Below are positions 1-9,369 of a stretch of DNA of 64,000 bases, piece after piece. Source of the DNA: Thermoanaerobaculia bacterium (GTDB lineage Bacteria > Acidobacteriota > Thermoanaerobaculia > Gp7-AA8); NCBI GenBank assembly GCA_041671505.1, contig JBAZBK010000010.1, positions 46,838 to 110,837 on the forward strand, read 5' to 3'. Position 1 is the first letter of the stretch. Every line of letters starts with the position of its first letter. The notes beneath the pieces were generated by a model, which saw only the letters and a list, made by a program, of their open reading frames with translations, had not been told where the DNA came from and made no database searches. The position numbers and the translations under genes are program-made.

Positions 1-668
1 TCGTTGAGGTGCACGGTGTTGTAGTACGCCTTCAGCGAGAACGTCGAATTGATCGCCGCGGTCACCGCGGCGGAGTTGAGGAAACGCCAGTTGTCCGAAT
101 TCTCGAGATCGTGGATGTAGTTCACGTTATCGGTGAATTCCGCCGTCTTCGAGAAGACGTACTTGTACTTGGCGAACAGCGTGCCGGTCGCGAAGTCGCT
201 GTCTTCACCGATCGTCCGCGACTCCGACGTGTAGCCGACGCCCGCGCCGAGATCGAGGACGTGCTTCTCGCCGGTCAGCGCCTTCCAGGCGACACCGGTG
301 TCGCCGCTGATGTTCGAGTCGATGCCCGAAAACTCGTCGGAGAGGTAGACGATGCGCGCGTAGTAGTCGAGCCGCTCGCTGATCGGTCGACTCGCGCCGA
401 AGAGAGCTCCGAGCTTCTCGGCGCTCTTCACGCCATCGGTCTCCGCCTCGACGTAACTCACCTTGAAATCGTAGGTCCAGACGCCCGGCTTGTAGTGGAG
501 CTCGCCACCGAGGCCGAGCGAGCTTGTGTCGGTGTTGCCGCTCGTTGCGACATACGACAGCTCGGCCGAACCGGTCCACGGACTCTTCGGAGCGTCCTGG
601 GCAATCGCCGGCACGCACGCCGCCAGCACTACGACCATCACTGCGAGATAGCGTCGCACTCCGATCAT
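1..668 (-). CDS. DUF481/YdiY-like outer-membrane beta-barrel protein (partial; C-terminus lies beyond window start)
   Basis: Reverse-complement translation from ATG (rc of cat at 666-668) gives MIGVRRYLAVMVVVLAACVPAIAQ (signal peptide) followed by ...ELSYVATSGNTDTSSLGLGGELHYK...WTYDFKVSYVEAETDG..., typical of the DUF481 salt-induced OMP family. There is no in-window stop, so it is absent from the ORF track. GGAG RBS upstream. Confidence 0.5.
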   Translation of the reverse strand, partial: MIGVRRYLAVMVVVLAACVPAIAQDAPKSPWTGSAELSYVATSGNTDTSSLGLGGELHYKPGVWTYDFKVSYVEAETDGVKSAEKLGALFGASRPISERLDYYARIVYLSDEFSGIDSNISGDTGVAWKALTGEKHVLDLGAGVGYTSESRTIGEDSDFATGTLFAKYKYVFSKTAEFTDNVNYIHDLENSDNWRFLNSAAVTAAINSTFSLKAYYNTVHLN

Positions 669-713
669 TCCTCGAACTCTCCTTTGGTCGCGGAGCCGCG
701 CCCCGCGGTTCGG

Positions 714-1598
714 TCAACCGGCATAGAGCAGGTCGAGCAGTTTTTCCTCGATCTCCCGGAACCCTCTCGTCGACTTCAGCCCTGCATCGCGCTGCTCGAA
801 GAACGGGACGTCGACGCGGTGGAGCACTCTCGCGGGGCGCGCCGAAAGGACGTAAACGCTGTCAGCGAGATACACCGCCTCCGAAACGTCGTGCGTGACG
901 AAGAGCGTCGTGTTGTCTTCGTGCCTGGAGACGTCGAGCAGAAGGCTCTGCATTCCCCAGCGCGTCTGCGGATCGAGGGCCCCGAACGGCTCGTCCATCA
1001 GCACGACGCGAGGCTTGTTGATCAGCGTCCTCGCGATCGCGACGCGCTGCTTCATCCCGCCCGAGAGGTCCTTCGGATAACGCTCGGCGAAATCGGCCAG
1101 GCCGACCTCTTCGAGATACTTCTCCGACAGCCCTTTTCGCTCGCCGCGGGAGACACCATGCAGCTTGAGCCCGTACTCGACGTTCTCCCGCACGGTGAGC
1201 CAGCCGAACGACGTGTAGGCCTGGAAGACCATTCCGCGGTCGCGGCCCGGCTCGTCGATGCGCTTCCCGTCGAGGAACACCTCCCCCTGCGTCGGCGCGA
1301 TGAGACCGGCGACCGCCTTGAGGATCGTCGACTTTCCGCAACCCGATGGGCCGAGGAAGACGATCACCTCGCCGACGCCAGGCTTGTCGACCACGTCGAA
1401 CGCGATATCACGCACGGCATCGACGCCGCGTCCGGTACGGTCGAGGTAGGTGTGGGAGAGATCCTTCACGCGGAGGCGCGGCATCGGGCCCGACTGGTCG
1501 GGCTTGACCCAGGTCGCCTCACGGCGCGGGCGGTCGACGGTGACCGCCACGGTTCCCGCCTCTCCAGCGTGCGGCAGCGGCTTCGACGCGTCGCTCAC
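714..1598 (-). CDS. ABC transporter ATP-binding protein (sulfonate/nitrate/taurine SsuB/TauB-like)
   Basis: Walker A GPSGCGKST, ABC signature LSGGMKQRVAIARTL, Walker B VVLMDEPFGALD and H-loop THD. Start chosen at GTG 1598, which has an AAGGAG RBS and a GTGA overlap with the permease stop. An alternative ATG at 1484 (MPRLRVKDL) has no RBS. The 527-aa ORF in the track is over-extended. Confidence 0.85.
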   Translation of the reverse strand: MSDASKPLPHAGEAGTVAVTVDRPRREATWVKPDQSGPMPRLRVKDLSHTYLDRTGRGVDAVRDIAFDVVDKPGVGEVIVFLGPSGCGKSTILKAVAGLIAPTQGEVFLDGKRIDEPGRDRGMVFQAYTSFGWLTVRENVEYGLKLHGVSRGERKGLSEKYLEEVGLADFAERYPKDLSGGMKQRVAIARTLINKPRVVLMDEPFGALDPQTRWGMQSLLLDVSRHEDNTTLFVTHDVSEAVYLADSVYVLSARPARVLHRVDVPFFEQRDAGLKSTRGFREIEEKLLDLLYAG

Positions 1599-2395
1599 GA
1601 GCTCTTCTCCTTCCAGCGGAACAGCATCGCAGAGACGGCGCGAATGATTCCATCCGTCACCAGGCCGATGCCGCCGATCACGAGCAGCCCCGCGAACGAC
1701 CACGACGGCTTCTGGTGCGTCCGCGCGAGCTCGACCATGTAGCCGAGCCCGTACTCGGGATTCACCGCCTCGGCGAGGATCACGTAGGTCCACGAGATCG
1801 CGTTCATCACGCGAAACGAATCGAAGATCTCCGGGAGAGCCGACGGCACGAGCACGGTGCGTATCACCTGCCAACGCGACGCCCCGAGCGTCTGCGCGGT
1901 CTGCACGAGCTCGTCGGGCACGACCCGGATCGCTGAGACGACGACGGGCAGGAGGTAGACGAACACGCCGAGGAAGAGGAATGCGATCTTCTGCTTCTCG
2001 TAGATGCCGAAGTAGAGGATCAGCAGGGGGATGAAGGCCGAGATCGGCATGTAGCGCAACGGCGCGACGATCGGCTCGAAGAACCGGTTCACCGGCTCGA
2101 ACGCCCCCATGAGAATTCCGAGCGGAAGCGCAACCGCCGAGGCGAGCCCGAACGCGATGAGGATTCTCCGCGTGGAGATCCAGATCGCCGTCGCGAGGTC
2201 GTACTCGAAGAAGAGCTGCAGCGTTCCCTTCACGACGTCGGTCGGCGACGGGAGGAAGTCGGGAGGCGCGAGGCCCCCGTAGGTCGCGACACACCATGCG
2301 GCGATCACGATCACCGGCGCGACGAGGCCCACCGCGAACGCGGTCGACCTTCGCATCGGCTCGCGAAGTGCGAACAACTGGCCTCGTCTTGCCAT
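1595..2395 (-). CDS. ABC transporter permease (binding-protein-dependent inner-membrane component, SsuC/TauC-like)
   Basis: 266 aa with 6 predicted TM segments. Conserved EAA-like region (...TAQTLGASRWQVIRTVLVPSALPEI...). Operonic with the ATPase and the SBP. Confidence 0.85.
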   Translation of the reverse strand: MARRGQLFALREPMRRSTAFAVGLVAPVIVIAAWCVATYGGLAPPDFLPSPTDVVKGTLQLFFEYDLATAIWISTRRILIAFGLASAVALPLGILMGAFEPVNRFFEPIVAPLRYMPISAFIPLLILYFGIYEKQKIAFLFLGVFVYLLPVVVSAIRVVPDELVQTAQTLGASRWQVIRTVLVPSALPEIFDSFRVMNAISWTYVILAEAVNPEYGLGYMVELARTHQKPSWSFAGLLVIGGIGLVTDGIIRAVSAMLFRWKEKSS

Positions 2396-2459
2396 TGGAG
2401 CTCCCGGGGGCGCCCCGCTTCGCGGGGCGCCCGTGTCGAGGGTCAGGTCTCGAAAATCG

Positions 2460-4094
2460 TCACTCGCTGAGAACGACCTTGATGTCGGTCCGGCGGTTCA
2501 GCTGGCGCCCCGCCTCGGTCTCGTTCGTTTCGAGCGGATTCGACGAGCCACGGCCGATCGTCTGGAACCGGGACGGCTCGATGTTCGGGAAGTTCTTGAC
2601 GATGTAGTTCTTCACCGCGATCGCGCGTCTGTCCGACAGCGTGAGATTTGCCGCGACGGAGCCGGTCGAGTCGGTGTTCCCTTCGATGCGCAGGTAGGTG
2701 TTGCCGAACGACGTCATCGTGTCGCCGAGAGCGTCGAGGACGAAGTACGAGCCCGCCATGATCTCGTCCGAGCCGGGGGTGAAGTGAATCTGGATCTGCT
2801 TGTTGATGATCGCGCGGTCGTTCTTCGACGGCGGCTTCGCGGCGATCTTCGGCTCTTCGACCTTCTGTCCGGGGTACTGCGAGGCGAGCGCCGAGAGGAA
2901 GCGCGGATCGGCCCAGTCCTTCGCGTCGATCGCGCGCGTGACCAGCCCCTTCTTGCGCCAGATCACGAACGCCGTATTGAAAAGCGTGTCGTAGTGCGCC
3001 TTGCCGCCCGAGAGCCCGTAGAACTGCGCGTTGTCGGCAAAGGTCGTGAGCTTGAGCCCCGAGAGCATTCCCGAGACCGTCTCACCGTCGAGCTTGAGTG
3101 CGCGCCCGACCACGTCGTACGACGACGCCGGATCCTTCTTCATCATCTCGATCCCCTCGAGCCAGCCGTAGACGAAGTCGCGCACCGTCTCGGGGTAGCG
3201 GTCGATGAGATCCTGACGCGCGACGAGCGTGTCGGCGATGATGTTCGAAGCGGCCGTGGTCGACACGAGGACATGCGCCTCGTCACCGCGCGCGGCGACC
3301 GCGCCCGAAAGATCGGGCTCCCACGTCACGGCGGCGTCGACCTGCTTCGCCTTGAACATCGCGGCGGCGGCAGGCGCATCCTGCGTGAAGATGATGTCCT
3401 TCTCGACCTGGCCGCGATCCTCGGGCGAGAGGCCCGATTGCGCCAGCATGTAGAGAAGAAGGAAGTGCGACGGAGTGAACTGGGTGCAGGCGACCTTGTG
3501 CCCCTTGAGCTGCTCGATCGACTTGATCGACGAGAGCGAGACGATGCCGTCCCCGCCGCGCGACCAGTCCTGGAGGATGATCGACTTCGCCTTCTGGTTC
3601 TGCTCGGAGAGGATCGAGGCCTCGCGCGCCCAGTTGTCGACCGTGTCCCACATGATGTCGACGTCGCCCTTCCGGAACGCCGCGAGCTTCGCGGCCGGAT
3701 CTTCGATCAGAACGAACTTCACGTCGAGACCGAACCGCTGCCGGTACGTCGACGCCGCGCTCGGGTCCATGCCGCCGTTGAACACGATCCCGGGGGCATG
3801 GCCCGCCCAGGTATTGATCGCAACCACGAGCGGCCGGTCGAGTTTGCCGGTTCCGCCGAGCGCCGCCTGCGTCACGCCGTTCGAGCCGACGCCGCGGTCG
3901 GGGTCGGCGGGGGCGTTGTTCAGCGCGGAGAAGTCGGACTGCGAGACTCCCTCGGCGGGAGCCTTGGCTTCCTCGGCGTTCTTGCCGGTCGCCCACTTGC
4001 GGATGTCGGCTCCCTTGTAGTGCCAGGCCGTGTACCCGACGACGACCAGGATGATCAGAGTGATGAAGATCTTCGCGAACGGTGTCAGTTTCAT
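2460..4094 (-). CDS. Membrane-anchored NMT1/SsuA/TauA-like substrate-binding protein fused to a C-terminal OmpA/MotB-like peptidoglycan-binding domain
   Basis: N-terminal TM helix (IFITLIILVVVGYTAW), a central SsuA/NMT1-type SBP fold, and a C-terminal OmpA_C signature (YLRIEGNTDSTGSVAANLTLSDRRAIAVKNYIV...GRGSSNPLETNETEAGRQLNRRTDIKV). First gene of the ABC operon. Confidence 0.8.
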   Translation of the reverse strand: MKLTPFAKIFITLIILVVVGYTAWHYKGADIRKWATGKNAEEAKAPAEGVSQSDFSALNNAPADPDRGVGSNGVTQAALGGTGKLDRPLVVAINTWAGHAPGIVFNGGMDPSAASTYRQRFGLDVKFVLIEDPAAKLAAFRKGDVDIMWDTVDNWAREASILSEQNQKAKSIILQDWSRGGDGIVSLSSIKSIEQLKGHKVACTQFTPSHFLLLYMLAQSGLSPEDRGQVEKDIIFTQDAPAAAAMFKAKQVDAAVTWEPDLSGAVAARGDEAHVLVSTTAASNIIADTLVARQDLIDRYPETVRDFVYGWLEGIEMMKKDPASSYDVVGRALKLDGETVSGMLSGLKLTTFADNAQFYGLSGGKAHYDTLFNTAFVIWRKKGLVTRAIDAKDWADPRFLSALASQYPGQKVEEPKIAAKPPSKNDRAIINKQIQIHFTPGSDEIMAGSYFVLDALGDTMTSFGNTYLRIEGNTDSTGSVAANLTLSDRRAIAVKNYIVKNFPNIEPSRFQTIGRGSSNPLETNETEAGRQLNRRTDIKVVLSE

Positions 4095-4244
4095 TCTCGA
4101 GCCCTCGATTCCCGCCCTGAGGCGGCTGAATTCGTGCCTGTTTGAATCCGAAGAGTATACGTTGAATCGACTGCGGACGACTCCCGTCCAGGGCGTCCAC
4201 CGGAGGTGCGAATCGCGCTAGACTCTTCGGTGCATCGGAAGGCC

Positions 4245-5195
4245 ATGAACGAACCGACGCGCGGCAGCGCGCTCCTCGTGGGATTCATCGACGCGGGCCC
4301 GGTCGAGTTGGTGAGGCAGTGCGGCTACACCGCTCGAATGGCCCCGCCGTGGGCCGCGCTTCAGGCGGTCCGCGAACGAGAGTGCGACCTCGTGATCGTC
4401 CGCCTCACCGGCGCGTTCCGCGACGTGTTCGACCTGATCGAAGGGGCGCGAACGGAGGGAGTTCCGATTCTCGCCACCGTCACGAACGACGAGCGCGAGC
4501 GCGAGCGTGCATGGGAGGCCGGCGCCTCCGACTGCATCGTCGAGCCGTTCGGAATCGTCGAGCTCAGGCAGAGACTGCGGCTTCAGTCGACGATCGGGGA
4601 TCTGCGCACCGACGTCAGGCGGCTCGAGACCGCGCTGGACGACGCCGCGATCGCGCTCGACGAAGCGCGCGGCGCCGCCACACTGCAGTCGATGAAGGAC
4701 GACCTCACCGGCGTCGGCAACGTGAAGCGCTTCTACACGGCCCTGGAGCTCGAGTGGAAGCGCGCGGCGCGGACGGGTTCGCGTGTCTCGCTGCTGCTGG
4801 CCGACATCGACCAGTTCCGCCTCTACAACGAGCGGAGCGGCCACGCGAGCGGCGACGACTGCCTCAGGGAGATTGCAGGGACGCTCGCCTCCGGCGTGAG
4901 CCGTGCGGGCGACCTGCTTGCGCGCTTCGGCGGCGAGGAGTTCGTCGTACTCCTTCCGTCGACGTCGCACGAGGCGGCGCTCGCCGTCGCCCGGAGGCTC
5001 GCCCAAAACGTCAGGGACCTCGCCCTGCCTCACGAGGCCTCGGCTCCCGGGATCGTGACCGTGAGCTTCGGCGTCGCCACGGCGACACCGTCGGAATCGT
5101 CGGCGCCCGCGTCGCTTCTCGCAGCCGCCGAGGAAGCGCTCCTCGCCGCGAAGGCGGGGGGACGAAACCGGGTCGCCGGCCGTTTCGCCGGTTAG
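4245..5195 (+). CDS. Response-regulator-like (pseudo-receiver) GGDEF diguanylate cyclase
   Basis: GGDEF domain with an intact GGEEF motif (RFGGEEFVVLL) and an RxxD-like context. The N-terminal REC-like domain lacks the phospho-acceptor Asp (DLVIVRL rather than D-hhhh-D). Start taken at ATG 4245 (MNEPTRG). Confidence 0.8.
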   Translation: MNEPTRGSALLVGFIDAGPVELVRQCGYTARMAPPWAALQAVRERECDLVIVRLTGAFRDVFDLIEGARTEGVPILATVTNDERERERAWEAGASDCIVEPFGIVELRQRLRLQSTIGDLRTDVRRLETALDDAAIALDEARGAATLQSMKDDLTGVGNVKRFYTALELEWKRAARTGSRVSLLLADIDQFRLYNERSGHASGDDCLREIAGTLASGVSRAGDLLARFGGEEFVVLLPSTSHEAALAVARRLAQNVRDLALPHEASAPGIVTVSFGVATATPSESSAPASLLAAAEEALLAAKAGGRNRVAGRFAG

Positions 5196-5263
5196 GCTCC
5201 GCGCGGCGCCTCTCGCCCGTCTGCCGACCGATCTGCCCGCCAGTAGAAAGGCATGAACAAACG

Positions 5264-5291
5264 AAAAGGCCCGGCGATCGCCGGGCCTTTT
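5264..5291. terminator. Bidirectional Rho-independent terminator between convergent genes
   Basis: aaaaGGCCCGGCGatcGCCGGGCCtttt. A perfect 9-bp GC stem flanked by A4/T4, between the GGDEF gene (+) and the repeat protein (-). Confidence 0.6.
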
Positions 5292-5311
5292 CACGCTGGG
5301 GTCAGGTTAGG

Positions 5312-6919
5312 TTACTGCTGGATGTTGTCGACGTAGAAATCGACCGAGCCGATTTCGGCGCGCTGCCCGCCGGTGGTGCTCAACGCGGTGACCGTCAGCC
5401 GGTGCCTTCCGTCGGCGAGCTGCGTGGTGTCCATGTTGAAGCGCCAGCCGCTGCGCTGCGCGACGAGCCCGTACGACGGATACGCGGCCTGTACGTCAGT
5501 TCGGAGGAACCCGTACTCCGCGACTCCCGCGACCACGCCGTCGATCTGGATCTCGACGGTGGCAACCTGCTGGACAGCCCAGCCGAGGAACTGCACCGTC
5601 CCCTTGACGTAGTCGTAGTTGCCCGGGAAGTCGATGTATCCGACCGGGGCGAAGGTGTTGTTGCGCATACAGCTGAAGAACACCGGGATGCCGGCAGTGC
5701 CAGGGAGCTCGGCGAACGTCTGCTCCTGGTCGCCGACGCGAACCTTCAGAACGTGCGCGCCTTCGTTGACGCCCGCCTTGTAGAGGCTGCCGACGTCCAT
5801 CGCGAAGTAGTAGCCCGCACGCGGTGAATCGGGGTGCGTCGGGAAATACCTGGCCACATCGGGGCGCGGCATACCGTAGCAATCGACCAGGGCGCCGTAG
5901 GCGGTGACGAAGCGGCAGTCGTCGGTCGAGTACCAGCGCACGCCGTCGATCAGCAGCTCCGCATAGGCGACGCGCCCCGTGTCTTCACGAGTGCCGAGGT
6001 CGAGGGCCCAGCCGCGGACCGGCGTGATGCGGTTCTCGGGAGTGAATGGCGGTGAAACCACCGGGCCGGAGTTTTCGCAGTTTCCGAAGAGGACCGCGTC
6101 GCGCTGCGGCTGGTCGAGCGAGCCGAACGGCCGGAGGTTGTTCTCGCTGTTGAAGACCTGGATCGTGCGCCGTCCGATGACCCGGCTCAACCCGTTGCGG
6201 TCCGTCGCGCGGACGGTCATCGTGTGGATGCCGTCGATCAGGCGCGTCGAATCGACCTGCGACAGGAAGCCGCTGTAGAGCGATGACGGAAGGTCGGGGA
6301 AAGAGTTGTGGACGTCGGGACGAGGATCGCCGTAGTTCGCTGACTGCGTGCTCAGCCCATCGATCTGCACGTCGATGCGCGCGATGCCGTCAACGTCCGC
6401 AGCCCATCCCGAAACCGGGAACGAACCGTTGACATCGTAGACCGCGACCGAGTCGGGAGTCTCGAGGTAACCGAACGGAGGCTGGTTGATCGTATTGTCG
6501 ACGACGATCGTCCGCTGCCCCACCTCGTACACCTTGTTGTCCTCGGTGAAGATGCGAACCATCACGGTGTGCGTGCCGTTCGAGTAACGCGCCGCGGAGA
6601 ACCCCGTCTGGTAGCCAGGAAGGCGATTCTGCGTCCCGCTCCAATCGGGGTTCGACTCGACGACGTCGGTCCGCGGAATCGACAGGTTCGCCGAGTGGAC
6701 GTACAGCCCGTCGACGATCAGATCAATTCTCGAAATACCGACGGGATCGACGGCCCACCCCTGAACGAGAACCATCCCTGAGACAGTCTCGTTTGGAACC
6801 GGCTTCTCGAGGAAAGCGATGAATTCCGTCTGGGCCGACACCGAAGACACAAGGCTCATGACCAAGAGCCCGAGGACCAGCCCGCGGGTAACCATTCTCC
6901 ACATAACCCACACCTCCAA
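5312..6919 (-). CDS. Secreted protein with four ~125-150 aa tandem Ig-like repeats (unknown function)
   Basis: Signal peptide MWRMVTRGLVLGLLVMSLVSSVSAQ. Four repeats share the motif PFG.L..P......GWA.D..G..R(I/V)D..IDG....A.YG..RPDV...FP. Confidence 0.6.
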   Translation of the reverse strand: MEVWVMWRMVTRGLVLGLLVMSLVSSVSAQTEFIAFLEKPVPNETVSGMVLVQGWAVDPVGISRIDLIVDGLYVHSANLSIPRTDVVESNPDWSGTQNRLPGYQTGFSAARYSNGTHTVMVRIFTEDNKVYEVGQRTIVVDNTINQPPFGYLETPDSVAVYDVNGSFPVSGWAADVDGIARIDVQIDGLSTQSANYGDPRPDVHNSFPDLPSSLYSGFLSQVDSTRLIDGIHTMTVRATDRNGLSRVIGRRTIQVFNSENNLRPFGSLDQPQRDAVLFGNCENSGPVVSPPFTPENRITPVRGWALDLGTREDTGRVAYAELLIDGVRWYSTDDCRFVTAYGALVDCYGMPRPDVARYFPTHPDSPRAGYYFAMDVGSLYKAGVNEGAHVLKVRVGDQEQTFAELPGTAGIPVFFSCMRNNTFAPVGYIDFPGNYDYVKGTVQFLGWAVQQVATVEIQIDGVVAGVAEYGFLRTDVQAAYPSYGLVAQRSGWRFNMDTTQLADGRHRLTVTALSTTGGQRAEIGSVDFYVDNIQQ

Positions 6920-7032
6920 CCCAGCTATAGACGGTCGCGCGGAATTTGACTCGTCAACGATACTCTCCCGCGCGCCCCAGAGTCAAATCAGTGAGTTATC
7001 AGCCCCTTCCGGAGCTGAACCCGACTTGTCCT

Positions 7033-8016
7033 ATGCGGCGGAGTTTATACTACGCCGCTGTGGCACATCAATCGACGCTCACGCTCGACGACGTTCTGGC
7101 CGCCCGCGAGCGAATCGCTCCGTGGATCTCGCGAACGCCCCTTCTGAGCTCCCGCACGCTCTCGGAGATCGCCGGCATCGAGGTGCGCCTCAAGTGCGAA
7201 AACCTGCAGCGCGCCGGCGCCTTCAAGATCCGCGGCGCGATGAACGCGTTGCTCGGGATCGATCCCGAGTCGCGCAAGCGTGGCGTGGTTGCCTTCTCCT
7301 CCGGAAACCATGCCCAGGGCGTGGCCCTCGCGGCGAAGCTCCTCGGCATGCCTGCGACCATCGTCATGCCCGAAAACTCCGTGAGGGCCAAGGTCGAAGC
7401 GACGCTCGGCTACGGCGCGCGCGTCGTGCAGGCGGGAGTGACTTCTGCGACGCGCGACGCGGTCGCGCGCTCGATCGCCGACGAGACCGGCGCGACCGTC
7501 GTCCCACCGTTCGACGACCCGCGGATCATCGCGGGCGCGGGCACCGTCGGCCTCGAGATCGCCGAGGAGTGGCCGGAGGTCGGATCGATCCTCGTTCCGC
7601 TCGGCGGCGGCGGGCTCCTGGCCGGCGTCAGCCTCGCCGCGACCTCGATGCTTCCCGGCGTCGACGTCTACGGCATCGAGCCGGAGGCGGGCAACGACGG
7701 CCAGCAGTCGTTCCGCAAGGGCGAGATCGTCGAGATCGCGCCGCCCGCGACGATCGCCGACGGAGCGCGGACGCTCGCGATCGGCAGGGAAAACTTCGCG
7801 ATCATCCGCGAGAGGGTGCGCGACATCGCGACGATCGACGATGCCCGCCTTCTCCACTGGACCCGGTTTGCGATCAACCGGACGAAGCTGCTCATCGAGC
7901 CGACCGGCGCGCTCGGCCTCGCAGCGCTCCTCGAGGGGCGCGTTAGGCCGAGCGGCCCCGTCGCGGTCGTCATCTCCGGCGGCAATGCCGACTGGTCGGT
8001 GCTTTGCGGAAGCTGA
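7033..8016 (+). CDS. Threonine ammonia-lyase / serine-threonine dehydratase (PLP, catabolic-type, no ACT domain)
   Basis: PLP-binding motif S-x-GNHAQGVALAAKLLG plus a glycine-rich loop GGGGL. About 327 aa from ATG 7033. Confidence 0.8.
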   Translation: MRRSLYYAAVAHQSTLTLDDVLAARERIAPWISRTPLLSSRTLSEIAGIEVRLKCENLQRAGAFKIRGAMNALLGIDPESRKRGVVAFSSGNHAQGVALAAKLLGMPATIVMPENSVRAKVEATLGYGARVVQAGVTSATRDAVARSIADETGATVVPPFDDPRIIAGAGTVGLEIAEEWPEVGSILVPLGGGGLLAGVSLAATSMLPGVDVYGIEPEAGNDGQQSFRKGEIVEIAPPATIADGARTLAIGRENFAIIRERVRDIATIDDARLLHWTRFAINRTKLLIEPTGALGLAALLEGRVRPSGPVAVVISGGNADWSVLCGS

Positions 8017-8023
8017 GGCGCCG

Positions 8024-9361
8024 GTGACGCTCTTCGACGACTGGCCACCGCGACAGGCAGGCGCACCGGGGGCGCAATCTCCGCTCCCCGAGAGGATGCG
8101 CCCCCGCACGCTCGACGACCTCGTCGGGCTCGGCGAGCTTCTCGCTCCCGGAAAGTTCCTCCGCACGGCCATCGAGCGCGACCGCGTCCCCTCGCTCATC
8201 TTCTGGGGACCTCCCGGCTCGGGAAAGACCACGCTCGCGAAGATCATCGCGTCGACGACCGCCTCCACGTTCGTCACCTTCTCGGCGACCAGCTCGGGAA
8301 TCAAGGAGGTGAAGGCGATCATGGAGGAGTCGCGGCGCGCCCGTGAGTCGCGCGGCGTCCGCACGATCGTCTTCATCGACGAGATCCACCGGTTCAACAA
8401 GGCGCAGCAGGACGCGTTCCTCCCCTACGTCGAGCATGGCGACATCGTTCTGATCGGCGCGACGACGGAGAACCCGTCGTTCGAAGTCAACTCGGCACTC
8501 CTGTCGCGCTGCAAGGTGATCGTCATCCCCGGGCTGGAGCACGACGACATCAGGGCGATCCTCGACCGCGCGCTCGACGACGAGATCGTGAAGTCGCGGC
8601 GGGTCACGCTCTCGGGCGACGCCCTCGACTTCATCGCGTCGATCTCGGGAGGCGACGGGCGCCAGGCGCTCAACAGCCTGCAACTCGTGGTCGAGACGGC
8701 CGACTCCGACGCAGCGCCCCTCTCCCGCGAAGACGTCCGCACGATCCTCCACCGCCGCTCGCTCGCGCACGACAAGTCGGGCGAGTCGCACTACAACCTC
8801 ATCTCGGCGCTTCACAAGTCGATGCGCAACGGCGACGCCGACGCATCGATCTACTGGCTCGTGCGGATGCTCGAGGGAGGCGAAGACCCTCTCTTCGTCG
8901 CACGCCGGATCGTCCGCGCCGCCGTGGAGGACGTCGGCCTCGCCGACCCGGGCGCGCTGCGGCTCGCTCTGGGGGCGAAGGAGACGGTCGAATTCCTCGG
9001 GATGCCCGAAGCGGGGATCGCGCTCGCCGAAGCGGCGGTCTACATCGCGCAGGCGCCGAAGTCGAACGCGATCTACGTCGCCTACGGAGAGGCGAAGCGC
9101 GACGTGCACGAGGGAGACGACCCCGGAGTCCCTCTCCACCTGCGCAACGCGCCGACCTCGCTGATGAAGGACATCGGCTACGGCGACGGTTACAGCTACG
9201 CGCATGATTTCGCCGAGCAGACGGCGCCGATGGACTGCCTTCCCGAGAGCCTCGCGGGGCGCCGCTACTACCGTCCGAAGGAATCGGGGCTCGAGCGGCA
9301 GATTCGCGACCGTCTGGAGGCGCTCCGGGCCGCCCGCGAGGAAATGCGGAAGCGGCGTTAG
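8024..9361 (+). CDS. rarA: Replication-associated recombination protein A (RarA/MgsA AAA+ ATPase)
   Basis: LDDLVGLGELL...LIFWGPPGSGKTTLAKIIA Walker A, the RarA-specific MgsA C-terminal region, and a GTG start 8 nt after the upstream stop. The N-terminal part of ORF 7841..9361 overlaps the previous gene and is not coding. Confidence 0.85.
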   Translation: MTLFDDWPPRQAGAPGAQSPLPERMRPRTLDDLVGLGELLAPGKFLRTAIERDRVPSLIFWGPPGSGKTTLAKIIASTTASTFVTFSATSSGIKEVKAIMEESRRARESRGVRTIVFIDEIHRFNKAQQDAFLPYVEHGDIVLIGATTENPSFEVNSALLSRCKVIVIPGLEHDDIRAILDRALDDEIVKSRRVTLSGDALDFIASISGGDGRQALNSLQLVVETADSDAAPLSREDVRTILHRRSLAHDKSGESHYNLISALHKSMRNGDADASIYWLVRMLEGGEDPLFVARRIVRAAVEDVGLADPGALRLALGAKETVEFLGMPEAGIALAEAAVYIAQAPKSNAIYVAYGEAKRDVHEGDDPGVPLHLRNAPTSLMKDIGYGDGYSYAHDFAEQTAPMDCLPESLAGRRYYRPKESGLERQIRDRLEALRAAREEMRKRR

Positions 9362-9369
9362 GCTCGACC

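Noticed and set aside
9-1742. 577-aa plus-strand ORF
   Set aside because: It is antisense to the DUF481 OMP gene and the ABC ATPase, has an Arg/Gly/Ala-rich composition typical of high-GC shadow ORFs, and has no motif.
2433-4145. 570-aa plus-strand ORF opposite the SBP-OmpA gene
   Set aside because: Antisense artefact. The minus-strand frame carries clear SBP and OmpA motifs.
7841-8023. N-terminal 61 codons of ORF 7841..9361 as part of rarA
   Set aside because: They overlap the threonine dehydratase 3' end in another frame. The RarA homology begins after the GTG at 8024.
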